A DNA stretch of 64,000 bases from Lepidodermella squamata. Lineage: Eukaryota > Animalia > Gastrotricha. The translations under genes and the position numbers were made by a program. Numbering within the stretch: position 1 is the stretch's first letter; every line of letters starts with the position of its first letter. This document shows positions 63,075 through 64,000 of the stretch, one piece after another. The notes beneath the pieces are model-generated. The model saw only the letters and a program-made list of their open reading frames with translations. It was not told where the DNA came from and searched no databases. The stretch spans positions 68,626-132,625 of the forward strand of contig JBLDXI010000049.1 of NCBI GenBank assembly GCA_047495785.1, in the 5' to 3' direction.

Positions 63075-64000
63075 ATGGCCGAGTGCGACAAAGTTGAGCG
63101 AATAGTGCGGTGCAAGGTACTGGAAATTAACTTTTCGCATTAACATCTCAAGAAAAAGTTTCTTGAAAGGTCTGCTCTATTGTTGTTCCTCCGAGGAAGC
63201 TGTATCACCCCAGAATTTGCTTCGCCTGTCAGGTAAGATTACAGATATCGCTTGGACTGAAATGAATCCTCTGTTATTGCAGAAGTTCTTTGCGAGACAT
63301 GCTACAACTACGGATTTGCAGTGTATCAAAGGGGGATCGAACTGCGACATTGCTGGAAACACTCGGCGAGTCTGCTCTAAATGCCGTCTTGATAAATGCA
63401 TCGCCGTTGGAATGCAGAGCAGAAGAGGTACGGAAAATCATAACTTGAAGCCAACATAATTCATCACAAGTTTAGCAGCGGGTCCTCGATCATCGAATCA
63501 AGCTAGTCCGCCAGAGCAAAACAACTCAAGCGATAGAGTTTCAGAGCCTGAGAACAACTTACCTCTTGTCGTTGACCCACCACTATACGATGGGGAGCAA
63601 GTGGAGAATGCTATAGCGAAATCAATAAATGGCATGTTGCTGCTTCATGATTTCAGCTCTGTAAGTCGGAGTTTCTATATTATGGTCAAAATAAGGTTAA
63701 AGGTATTATTTGACCTAGTTACCGATGCTGACCGCTGACGGCACGGAACACAATGCTATCTCGCTTATTCAAATGACCGCACGCCATGTATGCCAATGCG
63801 CGAAAATCACTTCGAAATTTGCTCAGAACATAGCGCGTAAATGTGTCCAATTGTTGCCTGGTCTTTTGCCTAAACCATTTCGTTAAAAACAGCTATGTTT
63901 GACGTTCCTTTGAATCTTTCCGAGAAACTGACAGCAAAGAACTTCAAAGTGATGTCTGCAATTGCGCTACCTATCCTCGGTGTATCAGCTAATGGATTCT
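63075..64000 (+). CDS. Divergent nuclear-receptor-like gene NR-j (runs off the window end)
   Basis: IVRCK|VCSIVVPPRKLYHPRICFACQ|KFFARH...CSKCRLDKCIAVGM; PPLYDGEQVENAIAKSINGMLLLHDF|LPM. Confidence 0.85.

Overview
Gene-dense animal (invertebrate-type) genomic DNA with very short introns (mostly ~45-60 nt). The species cannot be determined from the sequence. Gene models were spliced by eye at GT/GC-AG junctions. The main feature is a dispersed cluster of about 10 paralogous, very divergent nuclear-receptor (NR)-like genes plus two decayed fragments. They share a non-canonical C4 zinc-finger DNA-binding domain (C-x2-C-x14-C-x2-C, basic RRKRYHP/PRKEYQP loop instead of HYG, four different P-boxes, D-boxes of 5-10 aa) and a barely recognisable ligand-binding domain. 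Interspersed are a class A peptide-type GPCR whose CDS overlaps an NR CDS on the opposite strand, secreted Cys-repeat/C-type-lectin genes, two tandem CNG channel genes with altered pores, a MADF-BESS gene, a CUB/LDLa serine protease, a Ly6/uPAR-like GPI protein, a divergent sugar porter, a pancreatic-type lipase, and two Cys-loop channel subunits. One of the Cys-loop subunits appears to carry an N-terminal L-type-lectin-like domain and a mucin-like stalk. Several hairpin/MITE-like elements lie in introns and spacers. No RNA genes or CRISPR arrays were recognised.
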